Source of the DNA: a virus
Length of the DNA stretch: 64,000 nucleotides
Reading direction: 5' to 3' (one strand)
Virus record (IMG/VR): IMGVR_UViG_3300014838_000014
Coordinates: 1-64,000 of that record
In this document: piece by piece, positions 48,841-59,089 of the stretch
How the letters are laid out: each line of letters begins with the position of its first letter
Position numbering within the stretch: the first letter of the stretch is position 1
Program-made: the position numbers and the translations under genes
The notes under the pieces: generated by a model
The model's database searches: none
Told to the model about the DNA's origin: nothing
Seen by the model: only the letters and a program-made list of their open reading frames with translations

Positions 48841-51090
48841 ATGAACAGTAGATTACCTCAAAAATTCGTTGGAATACACTCTCACACGGGATTCAGTCCA
48901 TTTGATGGGCTCGGGTACCCTGACGAACATTTTACATGGTGTATGGAAAATGGATTAGATGCACATGCAATAACAGACCACGGAAATTGTAACGCCTATG
49001 CTCACGCACAGCTGTGGATCGAGAAGTGGAATGCAGAGCACAAGGATAAACCTTTCAAGTACATTCCTGGCGTTGAGAGCTACTTTCACCCAGATTTGAC
49101 GGCGTGGGAACAAGATAAATCGATCGCCGATCAGGCTCGTATCGATAAGAAGGTTGCAAAGAAGGTTGCTTCCTCACAGGAGGAGTACCAAACGAAGCTC
49201 ATCGTCAACACAGATCAGAACGACGAGACAGAAAGCATCGAGATGACGAACGCTCTCGTCGTTGAGGACGAGGATGAGAGCAAGTCGACGAAGCACTTCA
49301 ATCCCGTCAACCGTCGTCATCACCTTGTCCTGTTACCGAAGAACACCGCAGGTCTGTTGAAGATCTTTGGTCTCGTGTCGTGGTCGTACCTCCATGGGTT
49401 CTACAGGTTTCCAAGGATAGATGCCAAGCTACTTCGTGAGGCTGCAAAGGATCGCAACATCATCGCATCGTCTGCGTGCATTGCGGGACAACCTGCGTTC
49501 AATGTGTTTCAAGAAATACAGAAGCTATCGTTCGACGAGCTTGATCAGAAGCTTCTCGACGATCCTTCGCTTCTCGAGCGGTGCGTTACGTCTATTGGCA
49601 ACACGTATGACCTGATGACAGACGTTCTTGGAGACGGTAACTACTACCTTGAGCTTCAGTTCAACAAGCTCGCCGCTCAGAACCTCGTGAACAGAGCGAT
49701 CCTCGAGTTCGCAAAGCGTAACGGCGTCGAACAACAGCTCGTGGTGACGTGCGATTCACACTATCCTCGGCCTGAACTGTGGAAGGAACGTGAGCTCTAC
49801 AAGAAGCTCGGATGGATGAACTACAAGGAGATCGATTCTGCTTCGCTACCGAACTCCGTCGATGAACTCAAGTGTCAATTGTACCCGAAGAACGCGAAGC
49901 AGCTTTGGGATGAATACCTTCTATCCAAGGAGGGAACCAGTTTCTACGATGACGACGTGATCTGCGATGCCATCGAACGTACACACGACATCGCTCACCA
50001 CGTGATCGGTGAGGTGCCGCCTGATCGTTCGCCGAAGTTCGCCGATAAGTTGCTTGTTCCAGAGGACATCACGGCGTTCAATCACCTCGTGAAGCTGTGC
50101 ATGGATGGAATGGTCAAACGCGGTCTACGTGACGATCAATCGTACGTTGACAGGTTGAAGGAGGAACTCGGCGTCATCAAGACGATGAAGAACGCCGTGT
50201 ACTTCATATCGTACCAAAAAATAATGGAACTCGCTAGGAGCGTTTGTTTATGCGGTCCTGGTAGAGGTTCAGGAGGTGGATCTCTCGTTGCTTACGTCCT
50301 GTACATCACAGACCTCGATCCATTAAGGTGGGATTTGCCGTTCTCGCGGTTCCTGAGCGTGTACAGGAAGGGTGCACCTGACATAGACACCGACCTATCA
50401 AATCGCGACAAGGTTCTCGATCAATTAAGGGCATTCTTCGGGTTTGAGAACGTGGTTCCCATCTCGAACTACAACACGTTTAAGTTAAAGACCCTTGTCA
50501 AGGACATCGGAAAGTTCTACGGCGTGCCTTTCGAGGAGACGAATGCGGCAACGAGGACGGTTGAGGAGGAGGTGCGCAAGGCGACGATGAAGGACTCGGA
50601 TGATAAAAATCTTTTTGTCTTGCAGTTTGATGATGCGATGAAATATTCTCCATCGTTTAAATCTTTTATTGAAAGGTATCCAAACGTTGCAGAATCAATT
50701 AAGATATTGTTCAAACAGAACAGATCGCTTGGTCGCCACGCCGGGGGTGTATTGATTGCTGACGACTTGCCGAACAAAATGCCGCTTGTGGCAAGTCACG
50801 GCGAACCACAATCTCCATTTGTTGAAGGCGTAAACTTCAAACATTTGGAATACATTGGCAACTTTATTAAATACGATTTGTTGGGCCTTGAAACGCTTCG
50901 TTTGATTGAAAGAACGATTGAATTAATAATCGAAAAAAATGGAGGAATTATTGAATTAGAAATTGATGGTGTCAAACATAGGTTGCTGGCTTCAGCGTAC
51001 GTTAAGTTGGTTGATGGTTCATTTGTGAAAGCTGGTCTCTTAAAGGTTGATGATGATGTTATCATTCCAATGGAGACGAGAAATGACTAA
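48841..51090 (+). CDS. dnaE: DNA polymerase III alpha subunit, N-terminal fragment
   Basis: PHP 'HSHTGFSPFDG', 'AITDHG'; 'GPGRGSGGGSL', 'PDIDTD', 'GRHAGG', 'KYDLLGL'. Confidence 0.9.
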   Translation: MNSRLPQKFVGIHSHTGFSPFDGLGYPDEHFTWCMENGLDAHAITDHGNCNAYAHAQLWIEKWNAEHKDKPFKYIPGVESYFHPDLTAWEQDKSIADQARIDKKVAKKVASSQEEYQTKLIVNTDQNDETESIEMTNALVVEDEDESKSTKHFNPVNRRHHLVLLPKNTAGLLKIFGLVSWSYLHGFYRFPRIDAKLLREAAKDRNIIASSACIAGQPAFNVFQEIQKLSFDELDQKLLDDPSLLERCVTSIGNTYDLMTDVLGDGNYYLELQFNKLAAQNLVNRAILEFAKRNGVEQQLVVTCDSHYPRPELWKERELYKKLGWMNYKEIDSASLPNSVDELKCQLYPKNAKQLWDEYLLSKEGTSFYDDDVICDAIERTHDIAHHVIGEVPPDRSPKFADKLLVPEDITAFNHLVKLCMDGMVKRGLRDDQSYVDRLKEELGVIKTMKNAVYFISYQKIMELARSVCLCGPGRGSGGGSLVAYVLYITDLDPLRWDLPFSRFLSVYRKGAPDIDTDLSNRDKVLDQLRAFFGFENVVPISNYNTFKLKTLVKDIGKFYGVPFEETNAATRTVEEEVRKATMKDSDDKNLFVLQFDDAMKYSPSFKSFIERYPNVAESIKILFKQNRSLGRHAGGVLIADDLPNKMPLVASHGEPQSPFVEGVNFKHLEYIGNFIKYDLLGLETLRLIERTIELIIEKNGGIIELEIDGVKHRLLASAYVKLVDGSFVKAGLLKVDDDVIIPMETRND

Positions 51091-52234
51091 GTTTTACGTT
51101 TACGTTGATTCAACAACTGAAGAAACACCAAGACCTTTTTACGTTGGAAAGGGCACCAAAGACAGGATTGATAATGAACAGCGAAACAAACGTCATGTAT
51201 TTGTTTCAAATAAACACGGCTTTTCAAGAAGCGTTGTTTTCACGACTGAAAATGAAATTGAGGCGCTTTCACACGAAGTGAAGTTGATTGCAGAACTTCA
51301 CACCTACGTCAAGGATCCATTATCATCGTCGATTTCAGCAAATTTTACGTATGGTGGCGAAGGCGTTATTGGTATAAATGAACGTTGGGTTGAACAGTAC
51401 AAAGACGGCGTTTTAGTCAAAAAATTTGCTAACTTTCATGAAGTTGCCGAACACTTTGGATTTACTAAGTCTGGCGTTGTTAGCAATGCATTCTCTGGTA
51501 GGTGCGTTTTTCCAGTCGTGATGCGAGAATTTACGTGGAACGTTGAACCATCGAGAAAACGTAAGTTGTCATCGACACATGGAAATTCAATGATTATTCT
51601 CGAATTAAATCCGCAAACAAATGAAGTAATAAAAGAATATGCGTCAATCACAGAAGTTGTAAAATCAAAGAAAATAATGTACTCATACTTGATGAACGCA
51701 ATTCGTTCGACCAATCCAAAAGCAATGGAGAAGTTGATCGCTAAAACGGGTAGCAAGTGGGCATTCAAGGATGAAAAACACAACGTAGGAAAAATTCATA
51801 ATTCGAACGTTCAATCACCATCAGGTCCTAAACCCGTGGTCGTTGTTTATTCAACTGGTATAAAACGTATATATCCTTCAACTGTCAGGGCAGCACAAGC
51901 GTTGGGCATTAATCCAAATGAGTTGCTAGCGATTCTTCACGGTGATAACATTCAACGATCTGATTTTACGTGTTCATTTCTGCACGAAAGCGATCATCGT
52001 AAGGACGTTGTTAGGTCGAAGGAATGGATCAATGCGCTTGCTGGCATAAATGGAATTCAAATCGTGAAATTGGATAAGTCTGGAAACGTCATAGAAAAAT
52101 TCAACTCAATTTCAGAGGCTGAACGTCGCGAAGGGTTTATGCATCATGAAATTTATAAACAATTGAGAATTGATAGCGTTTTGCATGCCAATGGGTTCAC
52201 CTACAAACGTGTTGAGGAGCAATCGAATGTCTAA
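51083..52234 (+). CDS. GIY-YIG homing endonuclease with NUMOD1-like repeats, inserted in dnaE
   Basis: 'FYVY...PFYVGKG', 'N.TYGGEG', repeated 'KEYASITE'/'EKFNSISEAER'; AT-rich. Confidence 0.75.
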   Translation: MTKFYVYVDSTTEETPRPFYVGKGTKDRIDNEQRNKRHVFVSNKHGFSRSVVFTTENEIEALSHEVKLIAELHTYVKDPLSSSISANFTYGGEGVIGINERWVEQYKDGVLVKKFANFHEVAEHFGFTKSGVVSNAFSGRCVFPVVMREFTWNVEPSRKRKLSSTHGNSMIILELNPQTNEVIKEYASITEVVKSKKIMYSYLMNAIRSTNPKAMEKLIAKTGSKWAFKDEKHNVGKIHNSNVQSPSGPKPVVVVYSTGIKRIYPSTVRAAQALGINPNELLAILHGDNIQRSDFTCSFLHESDHRKDVVRSKEWINALAGINGIQIVKLDKSGNVIEKFNSISEAERREGFMHHEIYKQLRIDSVLHANGFTYKRVEEQSNV

Positions 52235-53852
52235 AATAACCTCAATCAATTCCGTCGCCACGTCGTTTGACGACATCAAATCGTGGTACGAAACGCACCT
52301 TGCACCAAACGTCATTGACTTTGATGATCAGAAACCCTACGAAGTCTACTCTGAGGGACGGTTTTGCGGTATATTCCAGTGCACAGGCCAAGGTGCCCAA
52401 CGATTGTTTAAAAAAGCAAAACCCAAGAGCATCGTTGACATTGCAGCGTTGACGTCGATATATCGACCGGGTCCTCTTGCGGCGCACGTCGACAAGCTTT
52501 GGCTTGAACACGAACAATCGCCGTACGATTGGGGTCATCCATTGATAAATGAAACGTTGAAAAATACTCGAGGATTATTGGTGTTTCAAGAATCTGTGAT
52601 GCACCTCGTCAACAAGGTTTCAGGGTTTCCGATGGCTGAGACCGATGAGGTTCGACGTGCCATCATGAAGCGTAGCATTTCTGGTGGTGAAGCTGCCAAA
52701 AAGAAAATGCAGGAACTTGAGGACAAGATTGTTGCCGGCGCAGTCAAGAACGGCGTTCCTGAGCCAACGGCACGTAAGATGTACGAAACGATATGCTTTA
52801 TGTCAGGTTATGGTTTCAATTGTGCGCACGCCGTTGCCTATAGCATCGATTCGTTTTGGTGTGCGTGGCTTTTAACGTATTATCCTGATGAGTGGGTCTG
52901 TTCATATCTCGAGTCCATGTCTACGACGCCCGATAAACGAGCAAAGGCATTCGGTGAGGTGAAGTCGTTGGGTTATCAGATCGTATCGATCGATGTCAAT
53001 TACGCAAAGAAGGGTTGGACAGTTCTTCCCGGCAAGAAGTTGATGCCATCAATGTCATCGTGCAAGGGCGTCGGTGAATCGGCCGTAGATGAGATCATCT
53101 CCATGCGTCCGATTGAATCGATCGAGCGGTTGCTGTGGAACGATGACGGATCATGGCGTCCAAGCAAATTCAATTCCAGAGCGCTCGGTACGTTGATCAA
53201 GGTCGGTGCGTTCGATAGCCTCGGTTGCGTGGGTCCTGATAGAGTGTTCAAGAACTACAAACACATGCATGAAACGCTTCTTGGTTCGTATGAGGAAACC
53301 ATCACACGCAGGCGAAAGGGCATCGAAGAGACGGTCGTCGTCTCTCGTGACCATTCTACTCTGCTCAAGCGATCGACAAAGAAGGATCCACATGAGGGTC
53401 GACGTAACTTCTTTGAGCTTGCCCGTGGTCTCGCTGAAACGTGTACGGAGGAATGGACGAACCGCGAAAAGGCAGAGCTATATGCAGAGGCGTTTGGAAC
53501 GGTTGACGTCATGATGATGTTCGATCAGACGTTGTTCGATAGGCTTGCTGAGAAGAACGTTCGATCTATCGAGGAGCTTGAGGTCGGTGAGAAGGACATC
53601 GTCTGGTTTGTCACCGTTGTTTGTGCGGCGAAGAAAGGCAAGGGCGTACCTTCAGCAGGAACCATGAAGAAGACCAAGAACGGTAAGTCGTACGCTCAAC
53701 CGTTCGTCACCGGTCCGTCAGGAAAACCGCTACGCCTCAACGTATGGAGCGCGAAGGAGCTATTGCCGACGTATAAGCTGTGTTTTGCTGAGGTTGACAG
53801 GAATGACTACGGTTTCTCAACGACACAGTGGCGAATCAAGGAGATCGCATAA
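52227..53852 (+). CDS. dnaE: DNA polymerase III alpha subunit, C-terminal fragment
   Basis: 'GIFQ', 'SIYRPGP', 'LVFQE', 'GYGFNCAHAVAY', 'KGVG'; own GAGGAG SD before ATG 52227. Confidence 0.88.
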   Translation: MSKITSINSVATSFDDIKSWYETHLAPNVIDFDDQKPYEVYSEGRFCGIFQCTGQGAQRLFKKAKPKSIVDIAALTSIYRPGPLAAHVDKLWLEHEQSPYDWGHPLINETLKNTRGLLVFQESVMHLVNKVSGFPMAETDEVRRAIMKRSISGGEAAKKKMQELEDKIVAGAVKNGVPEPTARKMYETICFMSGYGFNCAHAVAYSIDSFWCAWLLTYYPDEWVCSYLESMSTTPDKRAKAFGEVKSLGYQIVSIDVNYAKKGWTVLPGKKLMPSMSSCKGVGESAVDEIISMRPIESIERLLWNDDGSWRPSKFNSRALGTLIKVGAFDSLGCVGPDRVFKNYKHMHETLLGSYEETITRRRKGIEETVVVSRDHSTLLKRSTKKDPHEGRRNFFELARGLAETCTEEWTNREKAELYAEAFGTVDVMMMFDQTLFDRLAEKNVRSIEELEVGEKDIVWFVTVVCAAKKGKGVPSAGTMKKTKNGKSYAQPFVTGPSGKPLRLNVWSAKELLPTYKLCFAEVDRNDYGFSTTQWRIKEIA

Positions 53853-53918
53853 CGCAGTGTAAACGTGTTGTGAGTCGTGGTACATTTTTGATTGTTGAGG
53901 AGGTACGTTGAAGTGTTT

Positions 53919-54230
53919 ATGACAAGTGAAACATTGTTTGACATTGAACCCGCAAACGATAGTGAGTGTACGAGGTTCGTTGTTTCTGCGTGTCCTACGT
54001 CAGTCACTTTCATGATTGATGATGGAAACTTCAGCGTTCGACGTATAAACGGTGAAACAAGCGTTTTGCTTTCAAAGAGCCTAACGTTGGAACAGGCACG
54101 TGAGCTCGGCAAAGAACTCACAGATTTCGTTCGTCGTTGTGAAAGTTGTCGAACGAACGTTGCACTGATAATGTCTTCGATTGGCACGAACTTTGAGAAA
54201 GATGATTGCGTTGTAAAGGGCGACCAATGA
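53919..54230 (+). CDS. hypothetical protein
   Basis: ORF after a promoter-like element and GAGGAGG. Confidence 0.45.
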   Translation: MTSETLFDIEPANDSECTRFVVSACPTSVTFMIDDGNFSVRRINGETSVLLSKSLTLEQARELGKELTDFVRRCESCRTNVALIMSSIGTNFEKDDCVVKGDQ

Positions 54231-54429
54231 ACGTTCTCATGTTGAATTTTAATACTATCTTTATCGTGGAAGTTATTTGGTTTATTTCAACAGGAATAGA
54301 ACGTGAAATGTGTTATTGATGTATATTATCGTATTCTTGCGATCCTTGTCGTCAAGGTGGCTTTGCTTGTTGGTACGTACTTTATTTTCTATTGGTTGAT
54401 ACACGAACTTACATTTTAAAGGAGCGACG

Positions 54430-54627
54430 ATGCCAACGTATGAGTACGAGTGCAAACGATGCAATTGCACGTTCGAAGAGACACAGAGGATCACAGATCA
54501 GCCCATAAAACGCTGTCCAAGGTGCTCTGGTGTGGTATCAGGTGGCACAGGCGTGGTGTTCAAGGGCGGTGGGTGGGCAGCTGACCTCTACGCAAAGCCC
54601 GTGCAATCGAACGATGATTCTAAATGA
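54430..54627 (+). CDS. FmdB-family zinc-ribbon protein
   Basis: 'MPTYEYECKRC...CPRC...FKGGGW'. Confidence 0.8.
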   Translation: MPTYEYECKRCNCTFEETQRITDQPIKRCPRCSGVVSGGTGVVFKGGGWAADLYAKPVQSNDDSK

Positions 54628-55193
54628 ACAATCAACGCATTGTTATGTTGGTCGGACCTGACATGTGTGGTAAGACGAACATCGCCGCTCGTTTATCGTT
54701 GGCAACAGGAATCAGAACGTTCAAGGCATCGTCTGAACACAAGGCGTTCCTTGGAGATCAGAGGCAGTTCATCAACGATCTGCGTTACGCTGACCCACGC
54801 ATTCTCGACTTCATCAAGCAAACAGGAACGAGCGTGATCTTCGACCGCGCATACCCGTGTGAATGGGTGTATTCGAAGTTCTTCGGACGCGAGACTGATG
54901 AAGCAGTGCTACGCTACATCGACGATGGCTATGCTAGCATTGGTGTAAAAATCATCGTGTGTACGCGGCGATCGTTCGTTGGGATCAATGATGATTTAAA
55001 CTCGAACATCGATGAAAAGGCCCTCAACGAACTGTCTAGGTTGTACAAAGAATTTTTATGCACATGGACGCATTGCGCCGGAACAACGTTGTTTGTAGAT
55101 GAGCTCAACAACGACGTCCACCGTGAGGTTGATGAAATTATGCGCGTGATGGGTTACAATCGCGACGAACGTTGGGTGGTGTCTCATCTATGA
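54624..55193 (+). CDS. deoxynucleoside monophosphate kinase-like protein
   Basis: 'GPDMCGKTN', 'FDRAYPCEWVY'. Confidence 0.65.
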   Translation: MNNQRIVMLVGPDMCGKTNIAARLSLATGIRTFKASSEHKAFLGDQRQFINDLRYADPRILDFIKQTGTSVIFDRAYPCEWVYSKFFGRETDEAVLRYIDDGYASIGVKIIVCTRRSFVGINDDLNSNIDEKALNELSRLYKEFLCTWTHCAGTTLFVDELNNDVHREVDEIMRVMGYNRDERWVVSHL

Positions 55194-55477
55194 AGTGCAA
55201 AATACATACAACGTACGTCGGTAAACAAGAACCGACGAAGACGATTGCTCACCCAGACGGTTGTCCAACGTGTTGGGAAATATTTGATTCTCAATCGTTA
55301 TCGAATGCTTTATCGACGGTGAACATTGAATTGACGCTTGAGGAGGCTAGGTTGTTCACGGTGACGTTGTACAGCATCATCAACATGGGCTTCGATTCGT
55401 CACGACACCAACCAGCATTGAAGAAGTTGTTTGAGTTGTTACACAAAGCAGAACAAGGAAATGCATCAAATGGGTAA
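55190..55477 (+). CDS. hypothetical protein
   Basis: coupled ORF. Confidence 0.45.
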   Translation: MKCKIHTTYVGKQEPTKTIAHPDGCPTCWEIFDSQSLSNALSTVNIELTLEEARLFTVTLYSIINMGFDSSRHQPALKKLFELLHKAEQGNASNG

Positions 55478-56018
55478 TCCGCATAGCCTGGTCTGGTTGG
55501 ACATTGAAACGACCGGCCTCAATCCAAGCAAAGACTCGATTCTTGAGGTTGCAGCTGCCATAGCGCCGTTTGATGATCCATTCAACGTCACGTTCATTGT
55601 AGACAACGTCATTTGGTTTCATCCTGATCTGGTCAATCATCAGGATAAGTTCATCATTGACATGCATACGAAGAATGGGCTGTGGCGTGAGTGCGGTCAC
55701 AACCTTAACGCAAAGGACGTCGGTGAGGTAGAAAACGAACTTTTGAAGTTCATCACTATTCCACAAGATCATAATGAATTCACGCTCGCTGGATCATCGG
55801 TGCACTTTGATCATTCGTTCATCACCGCGTGGATGCCGAGGTTGACGAAGAGGTTGTCGCACCGTCACTATGATGTCAGCTCCATTGAACTGTTTGCACG
55901 GAGCCATGGTATGCTGCCCCCAGAGAAGGCAGGAGCACACCGTGCGATGCCTGATATCTTGGAATCAATCAAACGCGCAAAGGCGTGTCGTGATTGGTTG
56001 ATGGCGACTCTGCAATGA
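55470..56018 (+). CDS. orn: oligoribonuclease-like DEDDh exonuclease
   Basis: 'WLDIETTGL', 'MHTKNGL', 'LAGSSVHFD', 'DVSSI', 'HRAMPDI'. Confidence 0.82.
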   Translation: MGNPHSLVWLDIETTGLNPSKDSILEVAAAIAPFDDPFNVTFIVDNVIWFHPDLVNHQDKFIIDMHTKNGLWRECGHNLNAKDVGEVENELLKFITIPQDHNEFTLAGSSVHFDHSFITAWMPRLTKRLSHRHYDVSSIELFARSHGMLPPEKAGAHRAMPDILESIKRAKACRDWLMATLQ

Positions 56019-56046
56019 AGTCACACGTTTGATTACGTTACTTACG

Positions 56047-57741
56047 TTACTTCTTCCTCTTCGTTCCCATCGCTAAGTTCTTCGGATCGTTGGGATCCCA
56101 CTCGTATTTTCCACCTATTGCACCGGCGCCTCCACCAAAACTAGTGAAGCCGTCTCCACCAAAAAACTCGTTGTTACCAAATCCTGACCCGCCGCCGCCC
56201 ATACCTGCAAACCTGTTCGTGCCGTGCGACGGCGACGACATGCCACGGACGGTTTTGATCGGTTGACGAGCGTTGTACTTGAAACCAATCTCGTTCTCAA
56301 GAGCGTTTCTGACCTTGTCGATGTCATGACGACCTGGGACAGTGATTCGAGGATCGTTCAACCTTTTGATGGTGATGTTTCTTGCTAAGGCTTGCAACTC
56401 AAGAAAAGAGTACTCGTACTCGTCGTTCGATAGCTTGAACTCAACGAATGCGTCGATGTTCTTGAACTCTGGTTCAGCCTGCATTTCGCCGATCGTTTCC
56501 TCTGCATCTGATTCAACGGTGTCCTTGTACGATGGCTTGACTTCCCACTTCTTCAATTTTGGACCCTTGTCAAGGTTACGCTCCGCAACGTCATCTGGAT
56601 CGGGCGTGTATACATACTTGACGCCAAGCTTTCTGTAACCAGGTCCACCTTCGTTTACGATCTCACTTAGCACAAGATCATTGATGTACTGCCTCACTTC
56701 TTCAACGGGATCCCACGTTTGAGTGTGTTCGCCTCCTGTCTTTTTGACGTTTGCCTTGCCGTTGTCGATCGAAACCTCGGCCTGTTCACCCGCCGCAAAC
56801 TTCGTATCATAATCTCCAGCATATGCTTGACCCTTCACTCGTGTGTGTACAGGCCATGAACCGATCGAGTTTGATCCTGGTTTCTTTCCTCTGATTCGAG
56901 GATATATTTTGTACGTTGTTTTCTTCCCGCTCTTGTTTGTTTGTGCTTTACTCGTAGCGCTCGATGTTGGAGCGTTTTTGTCGCTGCCGGAGCAAAGCGT
57001 CGCTCCATTTCGAATTGTCGTGTGTTCTATATACTTTCCATCTATAACAAGTATGTTTCGACCACACTTGTCGCAGTACATCATCGTTGTTTGATTTTGT
57101 CGTTTGCTTTTATCTCTTGGCGGAGAATTAAAAGTTTCAGCCCAACCACAGTGTAATTTATCGTAAATCAATCCATACGCATAACGTCTTGCCATTCTTT
57201 GCGTTTCAAATGATTTTTTTTCTTCCCTTATCAAATCTTTGTTGATAAAAGATCCTCCACGAATAAATACGTTTGCATCTTCAATGCGAATTTCAAAAAA
57301 TAAATCTTTTGCTCTATGGATGAAACTTCTTGGCCAGTTTCCGCCTCGTTCAGAATATTCAGAAACGTATTTTGCTCGTTCGTCCCAATAGTTATTCTTT
57401 GGCGGCGTTTGTGATGGTTGAGGTGCAGACGACGCGGGTCGTACGGGGTTTTCCTTTGGCACCTGTTTAACGTTCTGATCGTCGTAACCCTTGAACTCCG
57501 GTCCGTAGCGAAACTTGCTCGTCTTATCCAACAGACGATCCTTCGCAAGGTTTATGTCGACCATTTTGCCGTGCGCAGATGGATCGTCAACGTTACGATC
57601 GGGATGGTACTGTGTCGCCAACCTTCGCCATGCCTTCTTGATTTCTTCATCAGAGGCGTTAGGTGACACACCAAGAACGTCGTACGCATTCTTTATGGCT
57701 TCCTGTATCAAACGAGCGATGACGCGAGAACCGATCTTCAT
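56047..57741 (-). CDS. J-domain (DnaJ-like) multidomain protein
   Basis: 'AYDVLGV...[17 protein letters not shown]' (HPD motif); WGR-like segment, CxxC, shared HTR..GQAY module, Gly/Phe-rich tail. Confidence 0.75.
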   Translation of the reverse strand: MKIGSRVIARLIQEAIKNAYDVLGVSPNASDEEIKKAWRRLATQYHPDRNVDDPSAHGKMVDINLAKDRLLDKTSKFRYGPEFKGYDDQNVKQVPKENPVRPASSAPQPSQTPPKNNYWDERAKYVSEYSERGGNWPRSFIHRAKDLFFEIRIEDANVFIRGGSFINKDLIREEKKSFETQRMARRYAYGLIYDKLHCGWAETFNSPPRDKSKRQNQTTMMYCDKCGRNILVIDGKYIEHTTIRNGATLCSGSDKNAPTSSATSKAQTNKSGKKTTYKIYPRIRGKKPGSNSIGSWPVHTRVKGQAYAGDYDTKFAAGEQAEVSIDNGKANVKKTGGEHTQTWDPVEEVRQYINDLVLSEIVNEGGPGYRKLGVKYVYTPDPDDVAERNLDKGPKLKKWEVKPSYKDTVESDAEETIGEMQAEPEFKNIDAFVEFKLSNDEYEYSFLELQALARNITIKRLNDPRITVPGRHDIDKVRNALENEIGFKYNARQPIKTVRGMSSPSHGTNRFAGMGGGGSGFGNNEFFGGDGFTSFGGGAGAIGGKYEWDPNDPKNLAMGTKRKK

Positions 57742-57790
57742 TTCCCTAAATAGGTTGTAAATGAAACAGATCAAGTGTAAGATTGTGTGC

Positions 57791-59089
57791 ATGAAGCAAC
57801 GCCTGCTCGTTCAAACGCAGCTGTCGAACATCGTCAACGGAAAATTTGACTTAGGTGCAGACTCTGGATGGCAGATGATAATCAATCGTTGCCGTGAAAT
57901 GTTAAAGTTGAATGCTGACCTTTACATTGACGTTCTCGTGCCATATAATGATTATTATGACAGAGGTTTAGTGCAGTTGGTTACAAGCGTGTTCGATGTC
58001 AATCCTGATTTGTGGAAAAAGTATGGTGGCGAACGCAGATTGAACTACATCGAGCATAAAATTGTTCCGAATGCGTTAGCAACGCGTTATGATTTTTGTT
58101 GGGAAGAAGAAATATATGCTCTCGGGTTAGACGATAAGAACAACGAACGATATGACGCTGTTTACATCAATGATCCAATGCTTCTGAGACACTACAAGGC
58201 AATGTTTCACGTTGCTGGTGGTTATCAACCAAAGTTTTACGTACACTCGCACTTCGTTGACGTACCTGAGTGTCCGAAGTTCCCGCAGGAGGCTTCGTTG
58301 TGGTTGGGTCAGTGCGAGGCAGCGCTTCGAGCCGATTACAATTTCTGGCAGTGCGAATCTGCAATGAATCAATTCTTCGATTCGATGGGAAAGTGGTTCA
58401 CTCAGGACGTCGTTGACGATGTTCGTTCGAAGTCAATGCCGTCGGATGATGGCTATTCGATGGAAGAAATCACTCAACCCATCGATAAAAGTAAGCTGCG
58501 TTTCTCCGTTGATGATTGGAGGCTCAAGACGTGGGGAAAGATCGTTTTGTTCTTTCCAAATAGAATTTCGCATAGCTCTGGAGATTATACGAACGGCGTG
58601 AACTTCATGTTCAACATCCTTCCTGAGCTACGAAAACGTCGCGACGATTTTGTTGTCGTATGTGGTAATCCTAACCTGAAGTTCTCGAACGATCAGTTGC
58701 TCGAACAGTGTGGAAGGAACGGATACGTCAAGTTACACGATTTCACGTTGAACCGCGATGAGTACAAGTTTGTTGCTCAACACTCGAACATTTCGTTGGG
58801 CCTTTATAACAAGGATCCATACGGTGGAACGGCTAGCAGAGAGTGCATTGAGTCTGGATGTTATCCAATATGGTTGAATAACTTTGAATATGCTAGCATT
58901 GCCAACGAAGCAGGCGTTGGTGAATACGTTCTTGCAAAACCTGATTTAAGCGATATCGTTGACGTTCTCGACGAAAGGATCAATTCATACAACTTTGAAG
59001 TTGTCAAACGATTGCAGAAAGTCGTTCGTAAACGTTGTTCGTACGAGCAAACAGTACCTTCAATGATGAAAAGGATGGGCCTACTATGA
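57791..59089 (+). CDS. putative DNA glycosyltransferase (GT-B-like)
   Basis: 'LFFPNRIS', '[13 protein letters not shown]'; first gene of the epimerase/dCMP-hydroxymethylase operon. Confidence 0.5.
   Translation: MKQRLLVQTQLSNIVNGKFDLGADSGWQMIINRCREMLKLNADLYIDVLVPYNDYYDRGLVQLVTSVFDVNPDLWKKYGGERRLNYIEHKIVPNALATRYDFCWEEEIYALGLDDKNNERYDAVYINDPMLLRHYKAMFHVAGGYQPKFYVHSHFVDVPECPKFPQEASLWLGQCEAALRADYNFWQCESAMNQFFDSMGKWFTQDVVDDVRSKSMPSDDGYSMEEITQPIDKSKLRFSVDDWRLKTWGKIVLFFPNRISHSSGDYTNGVNFMFNILPELRKRRDDFVVVCGNPNLKFSNDQLLEQCGRNGYVKLHDFTLNRDEYKFVAQHSNISLGLYNKDPYGGTASRECIESGCYPIWLNNFEYASIANEAGVGEYVLAKPDLSDIVDVLDERINSYNFEVVKRLQKVVRKRCSYEQTVPSMMKRMGLL

Noticed and set aside
51083-52234. Group I intron in dnaE
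   Set aside because: The endonuclease ORF overlaps both dnaE halves, leaving no evident room for a ribozyme core, and the downstream half has its own SD and ATG.
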